A stretch of 50,203 nt of DNA from Basidiobolus meristosporus CBS 931.73. Taxonomy: Eukaryota; Fungi; Basidiobolomycota. Below the pieces are notes generated by a model. That model was not told where the DNA came from, did not search any database, and saw nothing but the letters and a program-made list of their open reading frames with translations. How positions within the stretch are numbered: position 1 is the stretch's first letter; every line of letters starts with the position of its first letter. Both the position numbers and the translations under genes were made by a program. The stretch is taken from NCBI GenBank assembly GCA_002104905.1, contig MCFE01000643.1, forward strand, positions 1 through 50,203, written 5' to 3'. Of this stretch, positions 12,245-26,116 are shown in pieces.

Positions 12245-15200
12245 TCCTTTAAAAATTACTATAATGGTCCAGACAAAAAATCATCATAAAATTAAAGTCA
12301 TGTGACTAAAAGGTACTGGTTAAGTCATGACACTTGGTAAAGACTGTAAAGAAACAATTGCACCTCAGATTTCATAAGAAACTTGGTTAAAATAGTTTAA
12401 TACAACATTACATAAGTGGCTTCTGATCAGTCCACTGCCAACTCTCTCACTTTTTGATCCTGGAAACTCAATTACCTCCTTTGTTTGTATGTATTGATTG
12501 GCTATTGCCTCTTTTTCACAATCCCAACTTTCTTGACTCAGCTAATTCTCTTACTTTTCAAGCATACAAGTCAGTTATTTCCATTAATACTTCAGTTGTA
12601 CCACCATAGCCATTTGCATTGACCTATGTAAGTCCCTAGATCCAGCACTAGCATTATGCCCAACCTTACACACAACAAGCAAATCTAAAAAATTCATCAT
12701 GCAGTAAGTATATCTGCTGTAATACTATTTATGCATGACTTTGGTGGGAACCCCACAGCTTTATGCTACCATTAATCACTGGTTCCTATAAATATTGGTC
12801 TATACCAACACTGCAAAGTATAACATCTCATCTGCCAGTCTTTGCAATGAGTCCTTGCAATATCAAGGTGTATTTTCAATCCAAAGTTTCCTTGCCACTT
12901 GTTTGGAGCTTTCAGCGCTGCTTGTGACAGACTCCTGAGAAAGCTGCAGGTGTGTGTCATTGCCAGGTCCTTCACTGCTACTTTGACTGAGTGCTGATTG
13001 TATTGAGCTTCTTTTCTTCTTTGATAAAAGCTGCACTGATGTATCTGTTTTGGCCTGCTTGTTCCTTAGTGGCACTCTCCTGTCTACTTGCCCTTTCCTT
13101 ACCACTTATCTAGAACTTTTAGCCCTACTTGTGACAAGCACTTGAGGAAGCCACATTTTTGCCATACAACGCTTGTTCTTCTGCCTTGAATATCTTCTGG
13201 TACTTCAGAGTTACTTTCTTAGCAAACCAATACTGACCAAAATATTTTTGCTAACTTGAATACAGGAGAATACTAATGGAACAAGTCTAGCACATTTTGC
13301 TTGGCTTTGAGTTCTTAATGGTCTAATGGTATGCCAGCCTTAAGGCAATGCTGAGCCAGAACATTTATGGCATATTGAATAGTAGCCCATTCTTCATCAT
13401 TGCACTCAATGGCTTCACAGTTCATCAATGACTTTTGATTTTTAGGCTTGGATATAAACACCACAGTTGCTCACTCCCATGCAAAATAGGTATTTCTCTG
13501 TGCTTTATTGCTGAGCACTGCTATTGTGCTTCAAAGACTGTAAGGTGTTCCTCAGCTGTTACATTGCAAAATGGCTGAGTTCTTGGTTGTGACATTGAGC
13601 TACTTAAGTTCCATCCTTGCCTCTTGGATACAATATTGATTACTCTACAGGTACTCTCAGCTCATCTTGTTTCAGGACTTTTTCCTGATTTCTGAAGTGT
13701 TGCAAGGATCACAGCCAGTGTTTTGCCACATAAATATAATGGAGCATTGATCAGTCACTGCTGTACCAGCATTATTAAGCCAGCCACTTGATACTTTTGT
13801 AATGGCACCTAGCTACATTTGTCACCGTGTGGAAGCTGGTTCAGGTAAATTTGTGATTCTTTAGGCTCACCTTGGTCTTCTGAATACAGCTCTCAGAGTG
13901 ATAGGTCTCAAGAAGAAGGCTCATTGATAGTTGTGAGTCAATCCTCTCTCACAACAGTACCTTGCATGAGCCTGGCCAAATTCCAAAGTGCAATGAAACA
14001 ACACCTGTGGAAAAAATGCCAAAGATACTTTATGGAATCATATGCACCCAGTAATCTATTTACTGATCAATGATGCAATGTTGTGGCTAGAGAAGTGGCA
14101 TGTTTCTACAAATATTGATAGTGGGGCTTCAAAGATTTACAGCTACGTTGCACCAAAATTATTCCAGGAGATGACTTACCATATATATGGTAGAAATTGA
14201 CAACCATTATGCAGCTGGCTACATATAACCTAGAGACCATCCAAATACCAGCATGTGTTAACTGTTGCATGGCATTCACATCCAAAAATACCATCATTGC
14301 AAGGTATCCAACTTGTCATTAATCCTAAGTATGTGCTTGGTACAAATGGAAAGCTGTCATGCAGCTGGCAACATTTGACCCAGAGACTGTCATGATGCCA
14401 GCATGTGCTACCAGTTGTATGGCATTCACATCAGAGAAAGCCTATACTCATCAAACAAGTACTCAACTAGCTAATCCTGCTGCCCACTTACTATCAGCAG
14501 CCTGAATGTGAATGCTGTCTTACAGCATCAGAGCAGAAATCTGATGTTGGTTTTGATGATATCTGGGCCTTAATTATGGTCTTACCTGGACATCTACCTG
14601 TATCTATTGCTGGATTGATTTTTCATGCCATCCAGCAGACCACTAGTATATGACCATCATATCAAGGTGCATATTACAAACTGCATTGAACCTACTGCAG
14701 CCATGAGCAAGATAGCCAGCTTTTCTGGGCATAATAGATAGTATTGCTGTCAAATGGTTGAGATCTAGGGGATTCACTACATAACTCATACATATTGTCA
14801 TAATGTGAACACTAGAGCTAGGAACATCATCTTCCCACAGAGAAAACAAGTATATGTCAGCTTGTAGCTACAGCAAATCTAGCAATGTATAAGCCATTGG
14901 CAAGAATATGCGATTTATCAAAAACTGCAGATACTGGAGATACAGGGAATCTTTTGGAGCAAAATCTTTCCATTGGGAGCATTGCCTTTGCCCTTGAACA
15001 ATATCCCTACATTAATGACCAGTTTGTAAATGGGGCATTTCAAGCTGAATTAGCCCTTTGCAATACCAGATAAATGTGAAAGAAGCAGGCAGATATTTCA
15101 GAATATTCAATACCCAAAGTTTTTCTCACAAGCTCAAATCAATATACATACTCATATGCACTGGATAAGAAATTCATTTAAGAGGCTGTTAGAGGTAATA

Positions 15201-15990
15201 CCTACCCAGAGTACATTGGAAGCATTGCAAATTGTCTGCTGACATTATAGGAGCAATTATTCAGAAGCAGATCACCCTTGGCAACTTGATGCATCTACAG
15301 CTTTATTTGAGGAGTTTGTAATGGAATTTGAGCTACTGTACTGCAACCATAAAGCTGAACATGAACTCTATCACTACTGCATCCACTCCTTAATCTATCT
15401 TACTTGGTGCATGGATGATATTAGGCCTTGCTTCACCTTTTGGGAGTTCTCCATGCTTCAATGACTGGTGAGATAGGAAGACAAGGGAGGTTGTAACAAT
15501 TACTATAACCCAATTATGACCTTCAAGTCCATCAAGGATGCAAAGCATTAGCACCTGAATGATAGCCAGCAAAAGGTAGATAATACTGACCACAGATGTG
15601 CACATGGAGACACCTATGCCTTTGGCACAAAAAAGCTAAGAAGCTCCAATGCATGGGTAATCAGTCAGGTAATGCAAAGTTGGGTTGGCCACAATATGCA
15701 ACTAATGATGATTAGGACCACTTTGCCAAAGTATGCCAAGCTTGCATTGGATACCAGCCAATATTACACCATTTGATACATAATTCATAGAATCAAGAGC
15801 TGGAGTGAACCTATAAGGGGGACTAGAATCTGGCAGGGTGAAGGAAATTATTGGCTAAGTTCCAAAAGGTATTTTGCAGATATTCAAAAGGCATTCATGG
15901 CAAAAGTAGTGACAACTAGGCACATATTTGCACAATGTATATGTAACCAGCAATAAAAGGTAAATGGCTACTTTACTCTATATTAGTTGC
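12245..15990 (+). mobile_element. Older CACTA/CMC element, copy c (left end, accessory gene on -, tnp2 on +); probable right end at 17631-17827 plus 28703-28849
   Basis: Degenerate left TIR TCCTTTAAAAATTACT. The copy is collinear with 39645-44350. It retains the C-terminal tnp2 block (FEEFVMEFELLY..CIHSL..WEFSM) that copies e and f lack. Boundaries are approximate. Confidence 0.75.
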
Positions 15991-15999
15991 CCAAGCCAA

Positions 16000-16843
16000 A
16001 TACTCATTCAAAATCTTCTTGGTTCCCAAAATTAAGGCAAATACAGATGTGTTTGGTCACTTCAAATTATTTGTATGCAACTTCCTCATCAAATTCCTAC
16101 ACTCTTAGCTCATTGCCAACTCCACTTTGCTGAGAGTATGAATGATTTAGAACAACCCTGGAATACTAGGTTCAAAAGCTTCAATCAACTCTCATATCCC
16201 AGATTGTTCAGTAGTAGGCTTCATATCAGGAGGATCTTGGATACCTTCCCAGGCAGGAGTAACAGACCATCTATTGGGCAAAGGCAAATTACAATGCACT
16301 TTGGGATAAGACTCATCCAGAATTCATTAGAGGGGAGAAATATATGGCCAACATAGCTTATATACGAGAGGATTGTTAGAGATTACGATGCACTACATCT
16401 AATAGGAGGCCAAGGAATGGTGTGCTTAAAAGGAAGCAGAAGCTCTACAATAAGATAATTGATGATTTCAGAGCAACAGCAAGGTGTACATTTGAATATA
16501 AAAAGTGATTTAGCATATTGGCAGGCAAATTGAATGGAAAGTCATATATAGAGAAAGTAACAGAATAAGTACGTTGGATGAGATACCTATTAATGAACAA
16601 TATATTGATACAACAGGACATTCAGTGAGAGAAATGTGTATGAAGCATTATGAAGAGAAAGTAGAGCAGGAAATGCACTATTCTGAGCAACTTCAGTAAG
16701 ATTAAGTAAAACTACCCATAATTCTATCTTACCACTGGCATGAAGGTAGAGATTATTGAGCCGGATGGTGTCATAGGATGTAGGATTGATCTGGCTCTAT
16801 AAACAAGTTGGCACCCTGTAGCACTATCCAATGGAACCAGTTC
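16000..16843 (+). mobile_element. Degenerate PHIS remnant (copy 4)
   Basis: ORF 16075..16356 is homologous to the transposase (NDLEQPWNTRF..ILDTFP). It retains the segment deleted in copy 2 and ends in a decayed TIR, CAATGGAACCAGTTC. Confidence 0.8.
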
Positions 16844-16849
16844 AGCATC

Positions 16850-17630
16850 CCCATGTTATAATGGTCTCAGAATACTGATCCCTGATTGGTTCAAAATGCT
16901 TTGCCTCTCCTAACCTTCTAGCATTTTCTTACAACAATCTTAGCTCATTCTGAGGTCATTAAGATCTTGTCTAATCTCTGGAACCTTCTGAAATACAATT
17001 ATTAGTAACCACTTAGCCAGTTGGAAAAGAATATAAGGAAGGCAATCCCTGAAGCATAAATCATTATCTCTTTTATTATTGAACCAACATGTTTACTGGT
17101 GAAATTGCAGCTACCTGCTTCTCTCTGAACTTACAATTTCAAACCACAGGACAATCCCAAGAGACTACACCAACAGCCAACTGACCTTGGGGGCACTACT
17201 TGTTAGGAAAACTCAGAGTAGGTATCAACTGTGATATTTGATTCCTTCACAGGCTTTTCTTTTACAGGCAAAGATACTTCACTATCTTTGTTACTATTGA
17301 CTACCACTGCATACTTATCAAGTCCCTGCTGATGGAATTTACAGCTATTTTGACTCTGGAGGCTTTAGTACATCATCATCTCAAGGGACAATGAACCCAG
17401 CACATACTCCTGTTGAGACCCCAACTAAGTTGGGGACTTTATCTCAGCAGTACTCCTTTGACAAGCTTGTGGTTTTGTTCCCCTATACATTAGAGTGGAG
17501 ACAACACCCCAGTATTCCTAACAAGCTTTTGCCAGAGATTATTGCACCCAGTGAACACCCCACACACAAAACACTTTAGAAGTCTCAGATGTATTTCTCC
17601 CTTGAACATATACACAACCACTTCATTACA
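16850..17630 (+). mobile_element. LTR-like element X, second copy (5'-truncated)
   Basis: Reverse complement of 4686-5281 plus 8531-8720. CACTA host sequence resumes at ATGCCAGCAG (17631). Confidence 0.7.
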
Positions 17631-18282
17631 ATGCCAGCAGATGTCCACAACAAGGCCATCAAAATACTCTCAAGCTTTTCTCCATATTTAGTGATTGGTT
17701 GCACTGGCTGGTTTGGTCTCCTCAAGTAAGTGTAGTCAGCTAGAAAACAGTGCAAATGCCATTGGAATCCCATTAAAGGACCACTTGAACATCATTAAGA
17801 TTATTTACAAATTCAGAAGTCAATTTACCCCATGAAAAATAATTTGGTCCCACAAGTGGATCAGATCCGGATCAGCCATGAAGATCCTGTCAGGAAACTG
17901 CAATAGTACCAGCAGCTTAGAATTAATGACCATCTACACAATTTTATGATGGGATTGCAGCAACATTTGGCTAATTTTACAGCCAAATAAAGTTAAAAGA
18001 CATAATGGTACCTGTACAGTGTTTTGCCAAGGGTGGCATAGCATTGTTGTGGTCTTAGTGCACTAGAACTATCTGATGGATCTAACTCACTTGTGCGTCC
18101 AATTGCCTTATATGGCAAAAAACTCAACAGTACCTTGATGGCCTCTGTGCAGGCGTCTCATGGTGTTATATTGGCAGTAAGGCAGCCTGCAGCTAGTTCT
18201 CTATAGTGCTACCATACCAATTTACCAGGTGGTATTTTCTTTTTCTACCTCCCCTTACGCAATTCATATAATCCATTGTAGA

Positions 18283-18631
18283 TGTTATAAGAGTCTTGGA
18301 GATATTGGAAGTGATTTGGAGAACAAGTAGATTATGTGGTTTTCACTTAATGATTTACTGAATATAAAAGTAGTATTTATACATTTACCTGATCTTGACA
18401 TTACAAACACGTAGAATAGGTTAAGGAAGGTCCCAAGAGCATGTGTGCAAAGTTTGGGGCTGTTTGGACAACTTTGAGAATTTTCATGTTCTGGGTGCCT
18501 GGTATTTTGGTGAAAATATTCTAAGTAAATCCTGACAAGGAATTTGGTCAGTTTTCTCTAGGATTTGAAGGTAATGATCTAAGTGACTAAGTTAGGTGAA
18601 TATTTAGGTGGAAATACAAATTTTTACAACA
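18283..18631 (-). mobile_element. Copia solo LTR
   Basis: Full 349-bp LTR with TSD GTAGA (18278-18282 and 18632-18636), inside CACTA d. Confidence 0.97.
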
Positions 18632-19455
18632 GTAGAATCACACCTCTTTATATGCTTACCCATTACTACCTTGGGTGTTCCACATATAATTACATGAAAA
18701 GCTACTATAACCTCTTGCTTACTCATGTCCACAAGCACACACACCTGCCGCAATTGACATACTTCTATCACTACCATGTTACAGCATTTCAATATGATAC
18801 CTGCAAAGTTGCCATATTCCTTGTATTGCTGGTAACATATCCATCTTGTAAACATATGTTTGGTTGCTGTTACTTCTGCCACAAGTATCTCCTGAAAGTC
18901 CACAAAGAACATTTTGGTATTTAGCCAATATAATCCTTCTCCCTGCTGGATTCTAGTCCCCTTGATAGATGTGCTCTGGCTCTTGTTTATGTCAATTCTG
19001 TATTCAATGGTGTAGAAGTAAGCTTGTGACCAAGAGATACTGGGCATACTTTGGTATGGTTTTCCTGACAAGAATTAGTTACTTGTGTTATGATCTGCCA
19101 CTTGAATGTTTAAGTTAGATTAATACTTAGTCAAATCAGTTAGTTATATGTTTAGCTTATCAGTACATCAGTATTATCTATCAAATCAGTAGCATTAGTC
19201 ATTAAATGAAATAGCAGATCCTTGTCAGACAGAAATAGCTATATTAAGTAGGATCTTATTAGGTGATGATGATGCAATCTAATGATTCATCAGCCACAGC
19301 CTACACTAGGAAATGCAATTAGTCAGCAATTGATCCGGCAAAATGTATATAAGCAGCTGCTGGAATCTCAATAAATATCAGTTCAAGTTTTAGTGAATAC
19401 AATACTAGCTAAACTCCCTATTCCTCTACAACTCTTATACCAAGACTTGTAACAT

Positions 19456-19465
19456 TGGTAGCAGC
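19456..19465 (+). promoter_or_regulatory. Gypsy primer-binding site (TGGTAGCAGC)
   Basis: A TGG-initiated motif 1 nt after the LTR, complementary to a tRNA CCA end. tRNA-Met is plausible but not verified. Confidence 0.7.
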
Positions 19466-19513
19466 AATAACCGGAAAACATCCCTCCTGAAGAAAGAAGA
19501 AGCCTCCCTCAAG

Positions 19514-22500
19514 ATGTCCAAGAATCAAAAATTGAAGAATGATATGCAACAAATCCTGGCCAGCAGCAACAGTTACTCCAGATCCTTAGCCAGCAGCAAC
19601 AAGGAATGACTATCATGGCCCTAAGCCAGCAAAACCCTGTCAAGAGCAACTTTAGGGTGAAGGTCAACTAGTACCATGGTAGAGTCAATGAAAACTTGGG
19701 AACCTGGCTCTTCCAGATTGAAGAAGCTTTCAAGGCTAAGGGAATTGTTCCAGAAAGCAAGTTACATTATGCAGCCTCTTACCTGGCAGTGCAGCTTTAC
19801 AATGGAGCAACAAGATCAGGTCAGCCACCATGATGGGATGTTCTACAATCTCTACCTGGGATGAGTTTGTGTTTGAAATTCAGGATGCCCTTGAGTCCCC
19901 ACACCAACAGACACTACTAAGAAGAAAGTTGAAGACACTAAGACAGAAAGGAAAGGTCCAAGAGTACATCTATAAATATAGATGTCTACTTGTGCAAACT
20001 GAAAGAACAGACTCTTTGGATCAAGTTGAATACTTTATTGATGGGTTGAAAGACAGAACTTGTAAGGAAGTGAGTTATTGAAAGCCTCAGACTATTGAAG
20101 AAGCCATCAAGATTGCCATTGACTATGACTCAGCTATGTTTGGAGTTGGGAAGCCCACAATGACTGATCAGAGAGGCTATAATCACTATGAAAGAAGACA
20201 ATCAGAAGCAGTGCCAATGGAAATAGATGCTCTGCAGAAGAATCCTACCTCAGAAGAATGTAAGAAGAGAGCACTTTGCTTCAATTGCCACCAGCAAGGA
20301 CATGTTGCAAAGTACTGCCCTCAGAGAAGAAATGGACACCAGCCGTCAAGAACCTTTAGCCATATTGAGGCCATGGAGCAAAGTAACATGGAGGATGAAC
20401 TTGAAGAAGACTCAGAACCCACCTTCCATATGACAGAAGAATACCTATCCCAGATGACCTTGAACTCAGGAAAGCTATTATACCTGAATGGAGTAGTCAA
20501 TTGAGTACCTGCCAAGATCATGATTGAAAGCTGGAATCAACTCAGAACCCACCAAATCAACTTCAGTCTCAACAGCTGATGGGAACTCTCACATAATCAA
20601 CCATATTACTCAGCCAGTAAGGATGAAGATCAATGACTATGAAGAGGAGCTACAGGCCTATAGATTTGGTAACTGCAAGTTTTACCTTGTACTTGGGAAA
20701 GCCTGGCTATTTTGTTGTAATCCATCAATTGACTGGAGAACTCATGCTACTCAGATCCAGAAGGACAACAAGACCTATGAGCTATTAACTGCCAGACTGG
20801 ATTTTAACTTGGTCAATTCCAGTGTGTGTGAAACAAGTGAACTTAGCATGACACAGTTCTGTTGAGCACTAAGAAAAGGCACCCAGATGCTCCTCATGGC
20901 AGTATTACAGGAGGATTCCTCTACTCCAGTACCCCAGAAGGTCCAAACTCTTTTGAAGGAATATTCAGATGTATTTCCAGAAGAGCTTGTAAGCCTACCA
21001 CAAGTCAGAGACATGGATCATGCCATTGAAACAGGAGATAGCCCTCCAGTGAGTAAGACACCTTACAGAATGAGTCCATTGGAGTTGGGAGAGAAGAAGA
21101 GACAAATAGATAAGTTACTGGAGCAAGGATATATCAGACCCAGCAAGTCACCTTGTGGCGCACCAGTACCTTTTGTGAAGAAGAAGGATGGAATACTCAG
21201 GATGTGCATTGACTACAGAGCCCTTTACTCTGTTACCGTGAAGAAAAAGTACCCCATACCTTTGATTCATGAGCTCATGGACCAACTCAATGGAGCCACT
21301 ATTTTCAGCAAGATTGACCACATGTCAGGATACAACCAGATTAGGGTGAAGCCAGAAGACATCCCTAAGACAGCATTCAAGACCAGATATGCACATTACA
21401 AGTACTTAGTCAAGAGTTTTGGCCTCACCAATGCCCCTGCAACATTCATGACCCTGATACAGACTGTCTTCCAGGAATACTTAGACAAGTTTGTCATAAT
21501 CTACTTAGATGATATATTGCTATACAGCAAGACAGAAGAGGATCACTTGGTGCACATTGAAATGGTCTTGAAGAAGCCAAGAGAGAACAAGCTTTATGGC
21601 AAGCTACTTTAGTGTGAATTCTTCAAGGAACATGTTGAATATCTGGATATATAGTGACTAGCATAGGAGTAACCTTAGACCCTAAGGAGGTTGAAGTTAT
21701 CAAGAATCTGAAGCAGCCCATAGCATATCAGAGCTCAGATCATTCCTTGGAAAGGTTTCCTATTATTGGAGATTTTTCAAGTCCTTTGCAAGTATTGCAG
21801 CCCATTTGACTGATATCCTCAAGAATGACAATACCTACAAGTGGGACATGGCTTGTGAAACTGCCTTCCTGATGCTCAAGAATGAACTTGCTCAGCTGAT
21901 ATGCTTAAGAATACCTGACTTCAGAAAAGAGTTTACTCTGTGCGCAGATGCTTCAGATTATGCAATTGGTGGAGTGCTGAGCCAAGAACACAAGGGAAAA
22001 GACTACCCAGTTGTCTTGGAATCCAAGAAACTGAACTCAGCAGAACAAAACTATCCAGTGGATAAGAAGGAGATGCTTGCTCTAATGCACTGTTTGAAGG
22101 CATGGAGATGCTATATTGAAGGAGTCAAATGCACTGTAAAGACTGATGATGCCTCCCTCAAGTATATATTTACTCAGAAGGTACTCTCTAGGAGAATGAC
22201 AAGATGGAGTGAATACATTCAGCAATTTGACTTGAAGATTGTCTACTGCCCTGGAAAAAACAACGCAGTTGTTGACACCTTATCAAGATTAGATCAAGTT
22301 GCACAACTCAACTTGGTGCATAAATCAGGTTGGCCTAGCCCATTAGCAAAGTACTTGGAGGACCAAGCTATTCCTAATGAGGTGGATGGAGATATCAAGA
22401 AGATAATCTGGGAGGAAGCAAGCAAATTTGTAGTACAGGATGAAACACTCAACCAAATTGTTGATGGAAGCCCTATTGCCTATTGCCCTTATGTTTCTCA

Positions 22501-23600
22501 CTTGGATCTAATATATAAGCTACACAATGGATACAGACATCTTGGAATCAAAGGAACCTATAGCCATGTGAAAGCCAGAGCATGGTGGCCCAGAATGAAA
22601 CATTACATTGAGAAGCTAGTGAAAACATGCCCAAATTGCCAAATCAACTAAGGCCAACCACAGAGAATTGCTGAACTCTTTCCCTTGGAGCCTGTAGCAC
22701 CATCTGAAAGTTGGGGAATTGACTTTATTGGAAGACTGCCAGCTACCAGGAAATGCAACCGTTGGATCCTACTAGCAATTGACCATGCCACTAAATGGCC
22801 AGTTGCTGAAGCAGTACCTATAGCCAGTGAACAAGAAGTTGCAAGTTTCATCTACCATGAGATCCTTATGAGGTTTGGATGCCCTGTAGAGATTCTATCT
22901 GATAGAGGTGTAAACTTTATGGCAAAGACATTGTAAGCTTACCTGGAAATACAGCATATCAAACACTTGAAAAACTTGGCATATCACCCCAGAACTAATA
23001 GAGTCACTAAACGGTTTAATGAGCTATTTGGAAAAATGCTGCCCAAGTATGCCAATGGAGTTGTCAGTAGATGGGATGAATATATAGACCAAGCACTCTT
23101 TGCATGCAGAGTCAGAGCACACAACATCTCCCAGCAATTGCAATTTTACTTAGTTTATGAATGTGAACAAAGGATTCCTGGAGATCTCACACAATCAATG
23201 CTTACAGACACCTTAGAAGATGAACACAGTCAGCCAAGTAGACACCAGCAACTGGAACAAAGACATCAAGAGGCACAGACCAAAGTATCTCAAAGTGCAG
23301 AAAAGATGAAGCAAAGATTTGTTAAGACTATAGCACCAGAAGCATTGACAGTTGGGAATTTTGTATTGCTAAGAAACAACACTTGGAAGAAGTCTGAGCC
23401 ACAATGAACAGGACCATTGAAGATCATCAGAGATTGTCCATTTGCAACTTACCAACAAGTGGACAAACAAGGCAACATCAGGGAAGACTTGGTGCATAGG
23501 GACCAACTCAAGCTTGCAAGACTTGCTGATAATACTGAACCATCAAGATATTGGTATCAAAAGAAAAGAGATTCAGGAGAACCCTCTCAACTTTAACATG
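19514..23600 (+). pseudogene. pol: Gypsy gag-pol
   Basis: Motifs TWDEFV..LRQKGKVQEY..FIDGL, PMEID, CFNCHQQGHVAKYC, RMCIDYRAL, YLDDILLYS, ADASDYAIGGVL, WGIDFIG and SDRGVNF, with many stops and frameshifts. The end coordinate is approximate. Confidence 0.95.
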
Positions 23601-23974
23601 CAAGAATGTTATGATCGGCAGCCAGAATGCTTAAGTTAGATCAGTTTTAGTCATATCAATTAGTTATATGCTTAGGTTATCAGTATATCAGTATTATCTA
23701 TCAAATCAGTAGCATTAGTCAGCAAATGAATCAGTAGATCCTTATCAGACAGAAATAGATAGATTAAGTAGGATCTTATTAGGTGATGATGATGCAATCT
23801 AATGAGTCATCAGCCATAGCCTCCATTAGGAAATACAATTATTCAGCAATTGATCTGGCAAAATGTATATCAGGAGCTGCTGGAATCTCAATAAGTATCA
23901 GTTCAAGTTTTAGTGATTACAATACTAGCTAAACTCCCTATTCCTCTACAACTCTTACACCAAGACTTGTAACA

Positions 23975-24086
23975 AATGTATAGCAGGAGCCGCCAGAACC
24001 TGAATATAACTCAGTTCAAGGTTTAGTCAATACAAGACTAGCAAACTCCCTATTCCTCTATAACCCTTATATCAAGACTTGTAACA
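23975..24086 (+). repeat. 3' part of a related, more diverged Gypsy LTR, in tandem with the 3' LTR
   Basis: Similar to ~23862-23974 and ends in AAGACTTGTAACA. Confidence 0.85.
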
Positions 24087-25045
24087 CATCTAATTGCCAT
24101 AATTGAAAAAATGCTTGACAGTATTGTGACAGCCTTGCTGTGTCTATCTGTTGGTGCTTTAACAGCAGTAAAGCAGCCTACAGCTAATACTGCACAATGC
24201 CACAAAATATATACACCAAGTAGTATTTCCTTTTACTGCCTCTCCTTGCACCATCCATATAATAAGTTGTAGAATTACTTCAACTTACTTATTTACCAAC
24301 TACTACTCTGGGTACTTCACATAGAGCTTGAATCACAAAACCTATGTCATCAAGCTTAATTACCTCTACATATGCACACACCTGCTGGCATTGACATACT
24401 AATATCACCTCAGCATTATTGCTTTTAGTTGTGATACTTGTCCAAGATATCCCTCTCTCTGCTGGACTCTAGTCCCTCTATAGTTATGCTCTGGATCTAG
24501 CTTTTATGCATTCCTTGTTGAATGGTGTAGAAATCCACTTGTACAGAGAAGAAATCTGGTATACTTTGGTAGAGTTGTCCCAATAAAAACTAGCTGTATG
24601 TTGTGTACAACCAACTTTGCATTATTTGACTGGTTACCCACACAAAGCAGCTACTTAGCATCTTAGTGGCAGAGATATAGGAGTCTCCATATGCACATCT
24701 GTCCTCTGTACTCAGGCACTTCCTGGCTGCCCAAAAGGCACCAACTCATCAAGTCCTTGATGGACTTGAAGGTTTTATTCCTGATGAGATTGCAATATGG
24801 TAGTACCTGCAACTTGACTTGTCTTCCTAACTCCCCACTCAGTAGTTCTGTAGAAAACTCTCAATAGTGAGGCAAGGCCCAATATTATCCACATACAAGG
24901 CAAGTTAGAATAGAGCATGGATGCAGTAGTTGCATCAATCTACTTGTTCAGCTTTATGCTTGTAGTCTAACAGCAGAAATTTCATACAAACCTCTTGTAT
25001 AAAAGCTATAGGTGAGCCAAATAGGTATTTGCAATTTGGTATTTG
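24087..25045 (-). mobile_element. Diverged CACTA fragment (C-terminal tnp2 region)
   Basis: Overlaps in homology with ~18140-19085 and with the reverse complement of ~15300-15750. It contains the EFSTE motif region. Confidence 0.65.
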
Positions 25046-26116
25046 GCACAATGGAACAAGTCTTATAGCTGCACAATATTTGTGGACTACATGAGCTTCT
25101 TTAGAAAGAGTATTATCATGATATATCTACTGTGTGAACAATGACTTCCCCCAATGGTGGTGGATTTCTGACAAATTGAACACCTTACAAGGGTGGCACT
25201 TTCTGATGCAAAAGCCATGCAACTATTAGTACATGCTGGTGTCAGGATAGTTTCCGGCTCATATATTGCCAGCCACATAATGATGTCCATTTATACCATG
25301 TACATAGTAACTTGCATCCCAGAATGATTTTAGCAAGAAGTAGTAGTAAATTCACAGAGCCCCCATTACTGATATTAGTGGAAATGTTCCACTTCTCTAG
25401 CCACAACATCACATCATTCATCAGTAGACACCTTACTGGGCTCACTTGACTCCATAAAGTATCCGTGGCGTTTTTTTCAATTGTTGATGTCTCATTGGAT
25501 AATGGGATTTTGCTGGGCTCATGCAGGGTACTGTTGTTAGGGAAGATAGGCTAACAATCCATCAGTGAGCCTGCTTCTTCAGTGCTATGACTCTGTGTGC
25601 CATATTCAGAAGGCTGGGGTAAGCCTAAAGGCATTACAAGCTCACCTGACTTAGTTTGAGCAAAGAGACAAGTGCAACTAGATGCTGTTTTAGAAGTGCC
25701 AAGTGGCTGGCAAGATATTGTAGGTGCAGTAGTGACTGGTGATTGGTCAAACATGACTTGTGTGGCAAAACACTGGCTGTGATCCTGGTAATATTTTCTA
25801 TGCTGTTTTTGTGCTTCATGGCTGAGAGGCATACCACAATAGGCATATGCTCTTTTTTCTCTTCTCTCAGCATTGAATCAAGTTAGTCTTATCAATGGGG
25901 CACACAATTTGGCACTAAACAATATTGCGCCATTATATCACATTTTGTAAACACCCATGTCAAAATAAGACAGTCTTGTATTTGAGACATTTGCCTACAC
26001 ATATGTAAGATTCAATGATGGCCTACAACTGTAAGTATTATAAATAAAGTTGTGGCATCACATACACACCTATATGTAACACCATTTCCCCTTTGTTTTG
26101 ACTTGCTTCCACCTAT

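Larger units (their letters stand above)
19086..23974 (+). mobile_element. Ty3/Gypsy LTR retrotransposon (degenerate, no chromodomain seen)
   Basis: LTRs at 19086-19454 and 23607-23974 (TGTTA...TAACA) and a PBS TGGTAGCAG at 19456. Domain order is gag-CCHC-PR-RT-RNH-INT. The flanks do not match (ACTTG / AATGT). Confidence 0.96.

Noticed and set aside
19545-19610. Short CAGCAGCAACA duplication as a regulatory repeat
   Set aside because: It encodes a Gln-rich patch at the Gypsy gag N-terminus, which is ordinary low-complexity coding sequence.
23400-23606. Chromodomain or env-like ORF after the Gypsy integrase
   Set aside because: Only ~200 bp remain before the LTR. They show a GPY/F-like tail and no chromodomain motif.
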